64,000 bases of DNA from a bacterium (GCA_963675755.2 CAXXMD010000003.1:2592001-2656000), one strand, 5' to 3'; counted from the first letter of the stretch, positions 47,346-57,006 are shown. A program made the numbers and translations. Notes: generated by a model not told the origin, from the letters alone.

Positions 47346-49744
47346 ACCATCAAAGCGCTACTGTATTCATCATTAACCGTATCGACCTGAATGATCACCG
47401 GAAGCATATCTTTGACCGGTTCGATATGGGTAATGATGAATACCTGTCTGAACTGAGTTGAAAGCTGCCCCAAGGCTGTTAAAATCAAATCACGTCGTTC
47501 TGAATCCTGCGAGCCAAAAATCTCATCCAAAACAATAAAGTTTACCGGTGCACCACCACTACGTTCTGCAACAATCTGACTGATTGCTATTCGCAAACAG
47601 AGATTGGCAAGATCCTGTTCTCCGCCGGAAAACCGACCAATGGGGAAGGATTCGCTGCCGTCATAAATACGGATGTTGTAATCATTGTCCAGCTCCATGA
47701 GGTTGTAGCGCGAGTGCGTAGTCAGAGCAAGTAATGCGGATGCCTGATGTGCGATGAGAGGTCGCACCCGGGATGCCAGTTCAGACCGAAAAGTGCCAAA
47801 ATGTTCATCCAGAGCATTGAGATACAGGATCTCTTCTTTGATGGTTTGTATATTGTCCCGAATTTCTTTTTGTGCTTTAATTTCAGACTCTATTGCGTTC
47901 AACTGTGTTTTGAGTTCGGCAAGTTTTTCACGGGAACCGGCAAGCACTTCTTTTGCCTCATCGGCTTCACGTATCTGCAAATCTACCTGATTCTTTGAGG
48001 TATTGTAAGCAGTTGGGTCAAAATGAAGGTTCTTTTGACGATCAAGCAGAGATTTAATATCATTTTCGAGCTGTTTGATGTTTTTATCTGTAATGGATAT
48101 ATCTTTTTCAACCCCGGCTTTACGTTTGACCTGCTCCTCGGCACGTGCGGTTTTGTTTTTGATTTCGAGCAGGGATTCATATTGTGCTTTTACAGCCTCA
48201 TGTTCATCTTTTGAATAGGGAGTGTCTCCCAACTGGTCCAGTTCTTTTTGAACAAGCTCGAGTTGCTGGGTATAGCTTGAAATGGTTTCCTGGATGCGAT
48301 TTTGCACATCAACTGCTTCAAGTGCGCGCTGTTGTTTTTTTAACAACTGTTCGCGTTCACCGCGTATTTTACGAATGGATTGTTCGGTTTCTTTGAGACC
48401 GGCTTCAATTTCTGCTTCCTTGGTCCGAAGTGAAACCAGATCTGCTCGCAGCTTTTTTAAAAGCTGGTCCATTTCTTCAGAAACAGAATGTAGATGGTCT
48501 CCCAGTCGTTGTGAGCACAGGGGACACTTGCCTTCGGGGCCCACCTCTTTGAGCTGATCCAGCTTTTTACGCTCTTTTTGTCCCTGCTCGGTAATAGCAA
48601 GTGTTGAACCTTTGACCTCTGTTAATTGCTGCTGCAATTGTTTCTGTTTTACTTCTGCCTGTTTTTCCTGACCGGCCAACTGTTCAATCTCTTTTTCAAT
48701 TTCTTTCAGGTCCTGAGCTTTTTCCTGGTATTCGGACAACCGTTTCTCTTCGCGGGATATGTTTTCCTGCATGCGCATTTGTTCTTTTAATCGCGATTGG
48801 CGTGCGGTATCATTAAGCTGTTCACGATCCATTTGTTCTTTTTGTGCTTTGATCTCGGCAAAGGGGGCGAGCTGGATTTCCAATTCTTTTAATGCTTTTT
48901 CTGCCTGAAGGATATTTTCAAGATCGGTTTGAGATCGGGACAGCATCTCGTTGCTGCCTTCCAGGCTTGATCGGGTACGACCCAGTTGAGAGTCAAGGTC
49001 GATGAACTGCTCGCGCAATGCTGAAAGTTTTTCAAATTCGGTTTTGCCCTCGGCCAGGGCTTTGGTTTTCTGCTCAACAAGATCGGTTTGGGCTTTAACG
49101 GTTTCGGTTTGTGTTGTGTGAGATTTTTTTATATCCTGAAGCGTTTGTTTTAATTCATCAATGTTTTTTAAGGATGAAACCTGGCCGTTCATGAACTGCT
49201 GTTTGTTATTGCGATCAATACGGACTTGTTTTCGTGCGTAATCGATCTTGTCAATACCAATTAACCGGTTAATGCTTTTACGACGTTCTTCCGGTGAAAG
49301 GGAGGACAGCTTGTCAAGGTCCTTTTGTCTTGCGAAAACCGAAGCGGTAAAAGCGTTATAATCCAGTTGCAGCAGGTTCTGGATAAACTCGTCAACACCA
49401 CGGTCCTGCACGGCGACTGGATTGTCGTTTCCATCCCGATAAACTGCAGCTTCACTGGTAGCGTTTTTCCCCTTGAGCTTGCGGACGATCTTGTATTCAT
49501 GGTCCCCAAAGTTGAATGTCATTTCAACACTGCATTGGGACTTGTCCGGGGCGTTTTGTGAACGGATGTCCTGCTTTTCCGTACGTCCCAGACGGTTGCC
49601 GTATAAAACCCATCCGATTGCTTCTATCAAAGTGGATTTGCCCGAACCATTTCTGCCGATGATGCCGATAAGATTTTCCGGAAATTCCAGTTCAAGAGCG
49701 CTGAAGCGGCGATAGTTTTCCAATTTGAGTGTTTTAATGATCAT
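47342..49744 (-). CDS. sbcC: SbcC/Rad50-like SMC-family ATPase
   Basis: Walker A GRNGSGKS, coiled coil with central zinc hook CPLC, signature FSGGE, Walker B LDE, ITH; start moved to MIIKTLKLENY at 49744. Confidence 0.85.
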   Translation of the reverse strand: MIIKTLKLENYRRFSALELEFPENLIGIIGRNGSGKSTLIEAIGWVLYGNRLGRTEKQDIRSQNAPDKSQCSVEMTFNFGDHEYKIVRKLKGKNATSEAAVYRDGNDNPVAVQDRGVDEFIQNLLQLDYNAFTASVFARQKDLDKLSSLSPEERRKSINRLIGIDKIDYARKQVRIDRNNKQQFMNGQVSSLKNIDELKQTLQDIKKSHTTQTETVKAQTDLVEQKTKALAEGKTEFEKLSALREQFIDLDSQLGRTRSSLEGSNEMLSRSQTDLENILQAEKALKELEIQLAPFAEIKAQKEQMDREQLNDTARQSRLKEQMRMQENISREEKRLSEYQEKAQDLKEIEKEIEQLAGQEKQAEVKQKQLQQQLTEVKGSTLAITEQGQKERKKLDQLKEVGPEGKCPLCSQRLGDHLHSVSEEMDQLLKKLRADLVSLRTKEAEIEAGLKETEQSIRKIRGEREQLLKKQQRALEAVDVQNRIQETISSYTQQLELVQKELDQLGDTPYSKDEHEAVKAQYESLLEIKNKTARAEEQVKRKAGVEKDISITDKNIKQLENDIKSLLDRQKNLHFDPTAYNTSKNQVDLQIREADEAKEVLAGSREKLAELKTQLNAIESEIKAQKEIRDNIQTIKEEILYLNALDEHFGTFRSELASRVRPLIAHQASALLALTTHSRYNLMELDNDYNIRIYDGSESFPIGRFSGGEQDLANLCLRIAISQIVAERSGGAPVNFIVLDEIFGSQDSERRDLILTALGQLSTQFRQVFIITHIEPVKDMLPVIIQVDTVNDEYSSALMV

Positions 49745-49894
49745 GTTGTGGACCCTTTTTGGTGATATATAATATAAAGAAAAATGTGAAAAATTAACAT
49801 GAATTTTTATGAAATACTTGTTTTTTTTGTTATTGTTTATTATATTCAATGCTACAACTGTGTTTACAAGCGAGTTTATATATAGGAGATTCTC

Positions 49895-50095
49895 ATGGCT
49901 AAGAAACAAATGACATTTGAACAAAAGGTGAGCAAAGGCCACGCTCCCAACGACAAATACGTACAGGTTGTATGTGCTTACAAATCAGAAGCAGATACCT
50001 GGAAATACAAACAAAAAAATGTACGTATTCCTGATGGACAAAATGAAGATCAGGTTGTTGACAGTGAAATTAAAAGAATTCAGGCTACTGCATAA
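49895..50095 (+). CDS. Small basic hypothetical protein
   Basis: 66 aa, strong RBS AGGAG, MAKKQ start. Confidence 0.7.
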   Translation: MAKKQMTFEQKVSKGHAPNDKYVQVVCAYKSEADTWKYKQKNVRIPDGQNEDQVVDSEIKRIQATA

Positions 50096-50113
50096 AAATA
50101 AAGGCGAATAGCT

Positions 50114-50380
50114 ATGCCAGTTAGCAAAGAGTTGTTGGAAATTTTATGTTGTCCCAAGTCCCGGGTTTCATTGTTTGAATTGACTGGTGACCAGATCACC
50201 CGTTTGAATGAACAAATTGAATCCCGCGATGTTCAATATGTGGATGGTAAAAAGGTTGACAAACCCTTGCAAGAAGGATTGATCACCGAAGATAAAAAAA
50301 CGATCTATCGGGTAGATGATGAGATACCCATTATGTTGATTGATATGGGTATTCCGGTAGAGCAGTTTGAAGATTTTTAA
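50114..50380 (+). CDS. Trm112 family protein
   Basis: ELLEILCCP...GLITED..IYRVDDEIPIML. Confidence 0.8.
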   Translation: MPVSKELLEILCCPKSRVSLFELTGDQITRLNEQIESRDVQYVDGKKVDKPLQEGLITEDKKTIYRVDDEIPIMLIDMGIPVEQFEDF

Positions 50381-50399
50381 TTGTGATTTTATTGATTTC

Positions 50400-50435
50400 A
50401 AGGGTGTACAAGTGTATTGTGCACCCTTTTTTTTT
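50400..50435 (+). terminator. Intrinsic terminator
   Basis: AAGGGTGTACAA-gtgta-TTGTGCACCCTT plus T-tract. Confidence 0.85.
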
Positions 50436-50454
50436 ATTTTAAACGGGGTATGTT

Positions 50455-50811
50455 ATGAAAATAAAAAATTCCACAATTATACCAGCGGCGGGTGAACCGC
50501 CAAAAATTATTGAAGAGTTTATTGGCCGGGTGAATTCCAATACTGCGGATGTAAGCATTGCGCGTATGAAAAGCCCTTCAGGGTGGAGCGAACCCCCGCA
50601 AACCCCCGAGTTTGATGAATATACCGTTGTGCTGAAAGGCACTTTGCATATAGTAATGAACGATCAGGAATTTGACGTAACTGCGGGAGAATCCTTGATA
50701 GTACCCAGGGGGACGCGGGTGCAGTACAGTACACCGGGCCCTGATGGCGCCGAGTATTTTGCCGTATGTATTCCGGCATTTTCACCGGATACGGTACACC
50801 GGGAAGAATAA
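50455..50811 (+). CDS. Cupin domain protein (EutQ-like)
   Basis: KIIEEFIGRVN, WSEPPQTPEFDEYTVVLKG, PAFSPDTVHR. Confidence 0.8.
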   Translation: MKIKNSTIIPAAGEPPKIIEEFIGRVNSNTADVSIARMKSPSGWSEPPQTPEFDEYTVVLKGTLHIVMNDQEFDVTAGESLIVPRGTRVQYSTPGPDGAEYFAVCIPAFSPDTVHREE

Positions 50812-50854
50812 TCGCTTTTTTATCCGTTTTATTTATCAATTTTATTAATATTTA

Positions 50855-50898
50855 ACACAAACCGCATACTATTGTAGATGCCGGTTTGTGTCTTTTTT
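50855..50898 (+). terminator. Intrinsic terminator after the cupin gene
   Basis: ACACAAACCG...CGGTTTGTGT followed by CTTTTTT. Confidence 0.65.
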
Positions 50899-50919
50899 AT
50901 TTTGGAAAGGGTTTCCTTC

Positions 50920-51507
50920 ATGTGTGATTATTTGAATATTGCTGCACAGGACATGAAACGTGCGCATGAAATTATTAATGAAACCGGAATTTTAGATGCC
51001 TGGCAGGCAATTGGCGCATCCGTGAATCTGGTTGGTTCATTAAAAACAGAACTGTTGATGAATAATCTGGATATTGATTTTCATATCTATTCGGAAGAGA
51101 TTGATGTTGCAGAAAGTTTTAGCGCAATAGCAGCCATAGCACAAAATCCACGTGTCAAAAATGTTCAATTTGTCAATCAAATGGATACGGATGAAAAATG
51201 TTTGGAATGGCATATTGATTATATTGATGCGGATGAACGCAAGTGGAAGATTGATATGATCCACATTCTTAAAGGTTCACAGTATGACGGCTATTTTGAA
51301 AACGTAGCAGAACGGATTGCTGCGGTTTTGACGCCGGAAACACGAAATGCCATCTTGTCCATTAAATATGATATGCCCGATGATGAAAAAGTGATGGGGA
51401 TTTTAATATACCAGGCTGTCATTCGTGACGGGATACGAAATTATGATGAATTCAAGTTGTGGAAAGAACAAAATCCGGTTGACGGTATTATCGAGTGGGT
51501 ACCTTGA
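50920..51507 (+). CDS. Pol-beta-type nucleotidyltransferase-like hypothetical protein
   Basis: LVGS-x10-DIDFHI motif plus a later KIDM aspartate. Confidence 0.55.
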   Translation: MCDYLNIAAQDMKRAHEIINETGILDAWQAIGASVNLVGSLKTELLMNNLDIDFHIYSEEIDVAESFSAIAAIAQNPRVKNVQFVNQMDTDEKCLEWHIDYIDADERKWKIDMIHILKGSQYDGYFENVAERIAAVLTPETRNAILSIKYDMPDDEKVMGILIYQAVIRDGIRNYDEFKLWKEQNPVDGIIEWVP

Positions 51508-51508
51508 T

Positions 51509-51991
51509 CTACAGGTTTGCTTTTTCCAGACGCAGCAGTTCCGCTTTCATGTCCACCCCAAATGCGAATCCTGTTAAACTGCCATTACTGCCAATAACCC
51601 TGTGACAGGGGATAATGAGGGGGATTGGATTCTTGCTGTTTGCCAGACCCACCGCGCGTGAAGCTTTATCATTTCCCAGGGCGCTGGCGATCTCTTTGTA
51701 TGTTTGTGCCTCGCCATAGGGGATGTTTAACAATGCTTGCCATACTTTTATCTGATAGTCTGTACCTTGAGGATTTAGCCGGATGTAGAACTGCATTGGC
51801 TTTTTACAGGAGAAATAGTTGTTGATTTGCTCAATGGTATTGCTGAAAAAGGCATCATTTTCCTCCCAGTCCAGAGATATACTGAATTCTCTTTTGCTCT
51901 TGTTTGAATCGAGATGTAAGTGCTGCAGTCCTTGCTCATCTCCCACCAGTGTGATTCTATATAATGGGGATTGAAATGTTGTATAATACAC
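51509..51991 (-). CDS. ogt: Methylated-DNA-protein-cysteine methyltransferase
   Basis: GTDYQ.KVW..L..IPYG, RAVG.AN..NP, active site IPCHRV. Confidence 0.93.
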   Translation of the reverse strand: MYYTTFQSPLYRITLVGDEQGLQHLHLDSNKSKREFSISLDWEENDAFFSNTIEQINNYFSCKKPMQFYIRLNPQGTDYQIKVWQALLNIPYGEAQTYKEIASALGNDKASRAVGLANSKNPIPLIIPCHRVIGSNGSLTGFAFGVDMKAELLRLEKANL

Positions 51992-52006
51992 GGTTCCTCC
52001 TTTATA

Positions 52007-53443
52007 TCAAGAATTCCATAAACATAGCGCGGCATATGCCCGGTAAGGACGCCATTGTTCCGCAAGAGAGTTGATCTCTTTGATGGATGGTTTTGTACCG
52101 TCAGCAGCCAGTGCTTTTATAACTCCCAAATCGCCTGCCGGAAAGCTGTCAATAATACCCAGACCTCGCATGGCTACATAATTTACCGTCCAGTCGCCTA
52201 TTCCTTTCAATGCTGAGAATTGCTGATGAAAAGTGTCAAAATCCTGATTTGCAGACAATTCAAGCTTTTCATCCAGAATGCTTTGTGTGACGGTTTTGAT
52301 GGTTTGCTGCCGGATTTTGGTGATACCCAATCCGTCAATATCCAATTCAATCAGTTCGGATGGGTTGGGAAAAAAGTAATTTAATCCTTCCGGAAATTCG
52401 GGAGTAGTTTGGATTGCTGCTTTTTCTGCAACTCTGCCGGCTAATGTGGTTGCGGCACGGACAGTAATCTGCTGGCCCAGAATGGCTCTGACTGTAAACT
52501 CGAAAGGATCAAATGCTGCGGGTAATCGGGGGACGTGTCCGTTTTCCATGCCTTTGGACAGTATAGGATCATTAGAAAATTTATCGTTAATATGTGTAAA
52601 ATCCGTGTTCAGGTCAAACATTTTGCGTACACGGTTGCTGATTTCCATAAAGCACCTGATATCTGTGCTGTCTATGTGCAATTCCAATGCGGATTTTTCA
52701 GGATTATTGTTTACAATGAACCAACCGTTTGAGGTTTGCGTCCTGAATGTGCGGCTGTATTTAGAATCTGTAATGGTTTCTACACCTGCAATAGCACGTT
52801 CCCGCATAAAATTTAGAATTTGTTTATAATCAAAGGGCTTTTGATATTTTAACAGCAGGGTTGTCGTTTTGGACGTTTTGGGGGATTCCTGCAATTTTAT
52901 CCTCATTTGTGAAGGTGAAATACCAAAGGTATTTTTAAAGACATCGTTAAACTGACGCAGAGATCTGAATCCTGAGGCAAAGGCAATTTCTGTGATGGAA
53001 TGGTTTGAATACAATAATAGCTTTTTCGCAAACAGTATTTTATGAAAAGTTAATATTTTTACCGGTGGTGCACCCAGGTTATCCATGAAAATTTGGCGTA
53101 AATGGCGGTCCGATATGTTTAATTTCGCAGACAATTCTTTGAGAGAATGGTAATTCAGAAATCCCTCATAAATCATATTCAGCGCGGTATCCAGAATTGA
53201 CGCGCTGGTGGGATTTCCCCAATGGTATTCGATATTGATATCCGGTCTGCACCGTAAACACGGACGGAAATGCTGCTCAAGTGCTTCAAATAACGTGTTG
53301 AAATATACGACGTTCTCTTCTTTGGCTTCTGGAGCGGGACAGGAGGGTCTGCACACAATACCTGTGGATTTGACGCCAAAGAAAAATCGGCCATCAAAAT
53401 TTTTATCCTTGTCGAGTCGTGCCTGTTTAAAAACCGGGTTCAT
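52007..53443 (-). CDS. alkA: AdaA-AlkA fusion (Ada Zn/AraC regulator plus 3-methyladenine glycosylase II)
   Basis: GIVCRPSC..RPCLRCRP, AraC HTH (ITEIAFASGFRSLRQFN), RAILGQQI, HhH GIGDWT..FPAGDL, WRPYRAYA. Confidence 0.9.
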   Translation of the reverse strand: MNPVFKQARLDKDKNFDGRFFFGVKSTGIVCRPSCPAPEAKEENVVYFNTLFEALEQHFRPCLRCRPDINIEYHWGNPTSASILDTALNMIYEGFLNYHSLKELSAKLNISDRHLRQIFMDNLGAPPVKILTFHKILFAKKLLLYSNHSITEIAFASGFRSLRQFNDVFKNTFGISPSQMRIKLQESPKTSKTTTLLLKYQKPFDYKQILNFMRERAIAGVETITDSKYSRTFRTQTSNGWFIVNNNPEKSALELHIDSTDIRCFMEISNRVRKMFDLNTDFTHINDKFSNDPILSKGMENGHVPRLPAAFDPFEFTVRAILGQQITVRAATTLAGRVAEKAAIQTTPEFPEGLNYFFPNPSELIELDIDGLGITKIRQQTIKTVTQSILDEKLELSANQDFDTFHQQFSALKGIGDWTVNYVAMRGLGIIDSFPAGDLGVIKALAADGTKPSIKEINSLAEQWRPYRAYAALCLWNS

Positions 53444-53522
53444 GGTTCCACCAAAAATCAATACTGTCTATGTATAAAAGTATTGATTTTGTGAAAAGAT
53501 TGCTAGCGGTTTTCGGAGATGA

Positions 53523-54215
53523 CTAGAAATTTACCCCAAAAACATGCACCAGTGTAAGATAAATGCCAACCAGTATAAAAATTGTTCCGGTTACAAGGCG
53601 TCCCCATTTTTCAATTATAGTGATGTTGTTATACGCTTTGGATATGTATTGTGTACCCAGGGATATGATTATAGCAAACGCCAGCACCGGCAAGCCTGTT
53701 GCAATACCATAGACCATAGGAAGCCAAACCCCTGAACCCATTTTGACGGCAATAGGGAGCAGACTGCCAAAAAACAAAGCGGCAGATACAGGACAAAAAG
53801 AGAGCGCGAAAAGAATACCCAGAAAAAACGGTGCCCATAATCCCCAACTCCCGATCTTTGCCTGCAATTTCATACTGGTACCGCGAGAAACAAGCCGGAT
53901 GTTTAATAGCTCGAGCAATACCATACCCACCAAAATCAGCAGGGGCCCCAGTGCCATGTTGATATATTTCTGCATAAAATGCGAGAGCCCCGGTGCGTTC
54001 AACAGGCTGGAAACCAGGATGATACCCAGCCACATATAAGCCAGGGTTCTTCCAGCTGTATATAACAATCCGGTTATCAGTACGCGTTTGGGTTTATCCG
54101 CCTGCTTGCCGATAAACGAGATGGCCGCAATATTGGTTGCCATTGGGCATGGGCTAATGGATGTGAGAATGCCCAGCCAGAAAGCTGTGCCCAGCGAAAT
54201 AAAGAGTTCTGTCAT
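53523..54215 (-). CDS. arsG: ArsG family (DsbD/CcdA-like) membrane protein, copy 1
   Basis: GILTSISPCPMATNIAAISFI, LFALSFCP.SAALFFGSL. Confidence 0.75.
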   Translation of the reverse strand: MTELFISLGTAFWLGILTSISPCPMATNIAAISFIGKQADKPKRVLITGLLYTAGRTLAYMWLGIILVSSLLNAPGLSHFMQKYINMALGPLLILVGMVLLELLNIRLVSRGTSMKLQAKIGSWGLWAPFFLGILFALSFCPVSAALFFGSLLPIAVKMGSGVWLPMVYGIATGLPVLAFAIIISLGTQYISKAYNNITIIEKWGRLVTGTIFILVGIYLTLVHVFGVNF

Positions 54216-54670
54216 TAGATGCTTGCCAGTAAACCGCGGGTTTCAGTCTGGATATAGTCCACATATTTTTCTTTTTCGGGCACCAGCTCCCATACCCGTT
54301 CCAGGTTTTTCCAGCTTTTCTGCTCACCTTTGACATATTGTACGACAACGACTGATTTTGTGGTAAGCTGATAATCCTGGATATAGTGTTCATTGCCCGG
54401 AACATCGGTATTGACGGTGCGGAATTCGATTTTGCCCTTGTTCATTTCATTTGCAAAACCGGTTTCAATGGCTTCTTTGGCATAGGCTTCTATGGTTTTG
54501 CAGGTGTTACAGCGCATATTGCCATGGAAATAATAAGCAACCACTTTGGTTTGATTGTCTGTTGCAGTCACATTGGTTGCTGATTTACTGTTCTGGCTCC
54601 ATACCATATACACGATGCTGACAGCTACAAAGGCGAGCAATACAATGCTTAGCAGTTTTTTGGGTTTCAT
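54215..54670 (-). CDS. arsF: ArsF family thioredoxin-like protein, copy 1
   Basis: N-terminal TM, YYFHGNMRCNTCKTIE, WKNL..VW. Confidence 0.75.
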   Translation of the reverse strand: MKPKKLLSIVLLAFVAVSIVYMVWSQNSKSATNVTATDNQTKVVAYYFHGNMRCNTCKTIEAYAKEAIETGFANEMNKGKIEFRTVNTDVPGNEHYIQDYQLTTKSVVVVQYVKGEQKSWKNLERVWELVPEKEKYVDYIQTETRGLLASI

Positions 54671-54684
54671 CTTTTTACCTCTTG

Positions 54685-55008
54685 TCAGGAGTTTAAAATT
54701 TGCATTTGTTCTTCAATACGGGATTTGATCACAATGTCCACACAATCCATAAAACGCAGGACGCAGGGTACTTTTAAGCTATAGAATACATTTTGGCCGC
54801 GTTTTTCATCCTGTACGATGCCTGCGTTTTTCAATACGGAAAGGTGTTTGGAAATGGTTGAGAAATCCGCATCGATTGTTTTCACAAATTCGCAAACGCA
54901 GCATTCTTTAGCGGCCAGTTGTTCTACAATATACAGACGGGTTGGGTGTGCCAGGGCTTTTAAAACATTTGCTTTTGCGACATAACTGGATTTATTTTGA
55001 TCATCCAT
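54685..55008 (-). CDS. arsR: ArsR/SmtB family repressor
   Basis: KALAHPTRL, ECCVCE, STISKHLSVLKNAGIV. Confidence 0.9.
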   Translation of the reverse strand: MDDQNKSSYVAKANVLKALAHPTRLYIVEQLAAKECCVCEFVKTIDADFSTISKHLSVLKNAGIVQDEKRGQNVFYSLKVPCVLRFMDCVDIVIKSRIEEQMQILNS

Positions 55009-55028
55009 ATATTACCTTATTACTTGGA

Positions 55029-55065
55029 TATTTGGCAAATTAACCAAATAATAGTTATTTGTCAA
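55029..55065 (-). promoter_or_regulatory. arsR promoter with overlapping ArsR-type operator
   Basis: TTGACA-N17-TAATTT on the minus strand; palindrome TATTTGG-N8-CCAAATA (55029-55050) over the -10. Confidence 0.75.
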
Positions 55066-55104
55066 TATATAATTTCATCATGTGAGAGTGCATGGAAACC
55101 GGAT

Positions 55105-55800
55105 TCAGAGCAGGGTTATATGAAAAATATGCACCAACGCATTGAACAGGCCAACCAAAATGAAAATAATTCCGGTAATTTGTCTGGCTTTGCGCTCAAA
55201 TAGAGTCAGTTTGTTGAAAAGAATACCCATTTTGTGGATACCTGTGGCAAGCACAATAGAGATGAGCAGTACCGGTAATCCTGTTGCAATGCCATATAAC
55301 GCGGGCAGAATAATGGGGGATTGGTGCTGAACCGCCAGGGGGACCAGACTACCGAAAAACAAGGCAGCGGGTACGGCACAAAACGACAATGCAAAGAGAA
55401 TCCCCAGCAGAAACGCACCCAACAGGGACAATGATGACAGTTTTTTACCGGTCTTTTCGCTGATTGTGAATCCCTGAAATGGCAGGGAGAGCAGATCAAG
55501 CAGCACCATGCCCACGAGTATCAGAACCGGACCAATGAGGATGTTGATGTTTTTTTGCAACAACTGGGATATTAGCGGTGCGGAAAGAAGGCTCTTGACC
55601 AGCATAAAACCCAGCACCGTATAGGCTGCTGTTCTGCCGGCAGTGTACAAGAGTCCGCCCCACAGGGTTTGTTTGGGCGCTGCAAGATTTTTGCTGATAA
55701 AGGAAATAGCTGCAATGGTGTTTGCCATGGGACAGGGACTGAGAGTAGTAAGAATGCCCAGCCAGAAAGCTGTAACTGCTGCGAGTAAATATGCGGTCAT
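55105..55800 (-). CDS. arsG: ArsG family membrane protein, copy 2
   Basis: GILTTLSPCPMANTIAAISFI, LFALSFCA; clear paralog of 53523-54215. Confidence 0.75.
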   Translation of the reverse strand: MTAYLLAAVTAFWLGILTTLSPCPMANTIAAISFISKNLAAPKQTLWGGLLYTAGRTAAYTVLGFMLVKSLLSAPLISQLLQKNINILIGPVLILVGMVLLDLLSLPFQGFTISEKTGKKLSSLSLLGAFLLGILFALSFCAVPAALFFGSLVPLAVQHQSPIILPALYGIATGLPVLLISIVLATGIHKMGILFNKLTLFERKARQITGIIFILVGLFNALVHIFHITLL

Positions 55801-56273
55801 GGCAGCTCTCCATCCATGAATTGCCTGATTTGTTCAATCATAAAGGTTTTGAATGCTTGCGGGTCTTTGTACAGATACCATACATCATCAAGCACCTGCC
55901 AGGTTACGAGGTTACCGTCACTATATTTTGCCAGCACAACCGGACGGGTAGAGAGGTTGAAATCGGTTACGTAATGCTCGTTTGCGGATATGTCGAGATT
56001 GATTTTGAAAAACCGGATTGTGTTGCTGTTCAGTTCATCCCTGAATTGCGTTTGCAGTGTCTCGCGGGTGAGGGATTCGATGCTGTTGCAAGGATCGCAG
56101 CGCATGTAGCCGTGAAAGAAAATGACCGCTATACCGTTGTAACTTTCAGGCAAATCAGTCCGGGCGGACGAGTCCGGCCCCTCTGGCATAAAGATGACAA
56201 CCACCAGACAGGCAATAACAAACAGCAGTAATATGATTTTAATAACGAGTTTCATGGATACCGGTTTATTCAT
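55797..56273 (-). CDS. arsF: ArsF family thioredoxin-like protein, copy 2
   Basis: IFFHGYMRCDPCNSIE, NEHY..DF.L.T, W..L..VW. Confidence 0.7.
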   Translation of the reverse strand: MNKPVSMKLVIKIILLLFVIACLVVVIFMPEGPDSSARTDLPESYNGIAVIFFHGYMRCDPCNSIESLTRETLQTQFRDELNSNTIRFFKINLDISANEHYVTDFNLSTRPVVLAKYSDGNLVTWQVLDDVWYLYKDPQAFKTFMIEQIRQFMDGELP

Positions 56274-56361
56274 TCATTCATATCTATTATAAATAATCCA
56301 TTGTGGGAATGCAAGGGAAAAGAAGGGGTGTGGTATGGGTTCTGTCTCTTGATAAGGGATT

Positions 56362-56562
56362 TTATTTGATCCCATAATCTTTTTTTACATCATGTATGGA
56401 AACTGTGGGTGCATCAGCTTCTTTTTGTTTGGCTTCTCTTAATAGACGCAGATCCTCATAGTCTTCCAATATTTCCTGTAACATTTTATATTCATTATAT
56501 GGCAAAACAGCAAACTCTATTTTGCCGTTTTTTTCTAAAAAATTTGGATGTAATTCAATCAT
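56362..56562 (-). CDS. Putative antitoxin (Phd/YefM-like small protein)
   Basis: MIELHPNFLEKNGKIEFAVLPYNEY..LEDYEDLRLLREAK; acidic, 9 bp downstream of the RelE gene. Confidence 0.65.
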   Translation of the reverse strand: MIELHPNFLEKNGKIEFAVLPYNEYKMLQEILEDYEDLRLLREAKQKEADAPTVSIHDVKKDYGIK

Positions 56563-56571
56563 GATATTCTC

Positions 56572-56820
56572 TTATTTATATGCTTGTTTTCTATGTCTAA
56601 TACGATAAATATATATAATATCTTTTTCAATTTCAAATAATACTCTGTAATTACCCACTCGAAGTCGATATTCCGGAGTAAAATCCGTCAGTCTCTTGAC
56701 ATCTCCATGCAATTCGTCACATAAACCTTCAATCTTTTTAAAAATTTTTTCAAGTTCTGTTTGGGGTATTCTTTTGCAATCTTTTACAGCTTGAGGTTTA
56801 AATTCGATAGAATATTTCAT
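56572..56820 (-). CDS. RelE/ParE family toxin
   Basis: YSIEFKPQAVKD, DVKRL, YRLRVGNYRVLF, IRHRKQAY. Confidence 0.88.
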   Translation of the reverse strand: MKYSIEFKPQAVKDCKRIPQTELEKIFKKIEGLCDELHGDVKRLTDFTPEYRLRVGNYRVLFEIEKDIIYIYRIRHRKQAYK

Positions 56821-56900
56821 GTTTTACATTATTTTAAATGTTATTTGTTATTTTTTGGATTTTGTTAATGTATAATAATTATGTAATCCCATTGACAAAT

Positions 56901-57006
56901 AATTAATTAAAATTTCTTAAATACATCCAAGATTTTTCATTACGAACCCTCTATTCTTTGCAGAGAATCCTGTTATCTTTGAATTTTATAAATCATCATT
57001 CAGATA
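56901..57006. repeat. Leader repeat copy A, upstream of the RelE gene
   Basis: Aligns by eye with 58508-58614 (AATTAAT...CAAGATTTTTC...TTGCAG..AATCCT...TATAAATCAT.ATTCAGA.A). Confidence 0.7.

Noticed and set aside
49745-49942. 66-aa N-terminal extension of SbcC in the track
   Set aside because: Overlaps the divergent small gene and promoter; Walker A spacing fits a start at 49744
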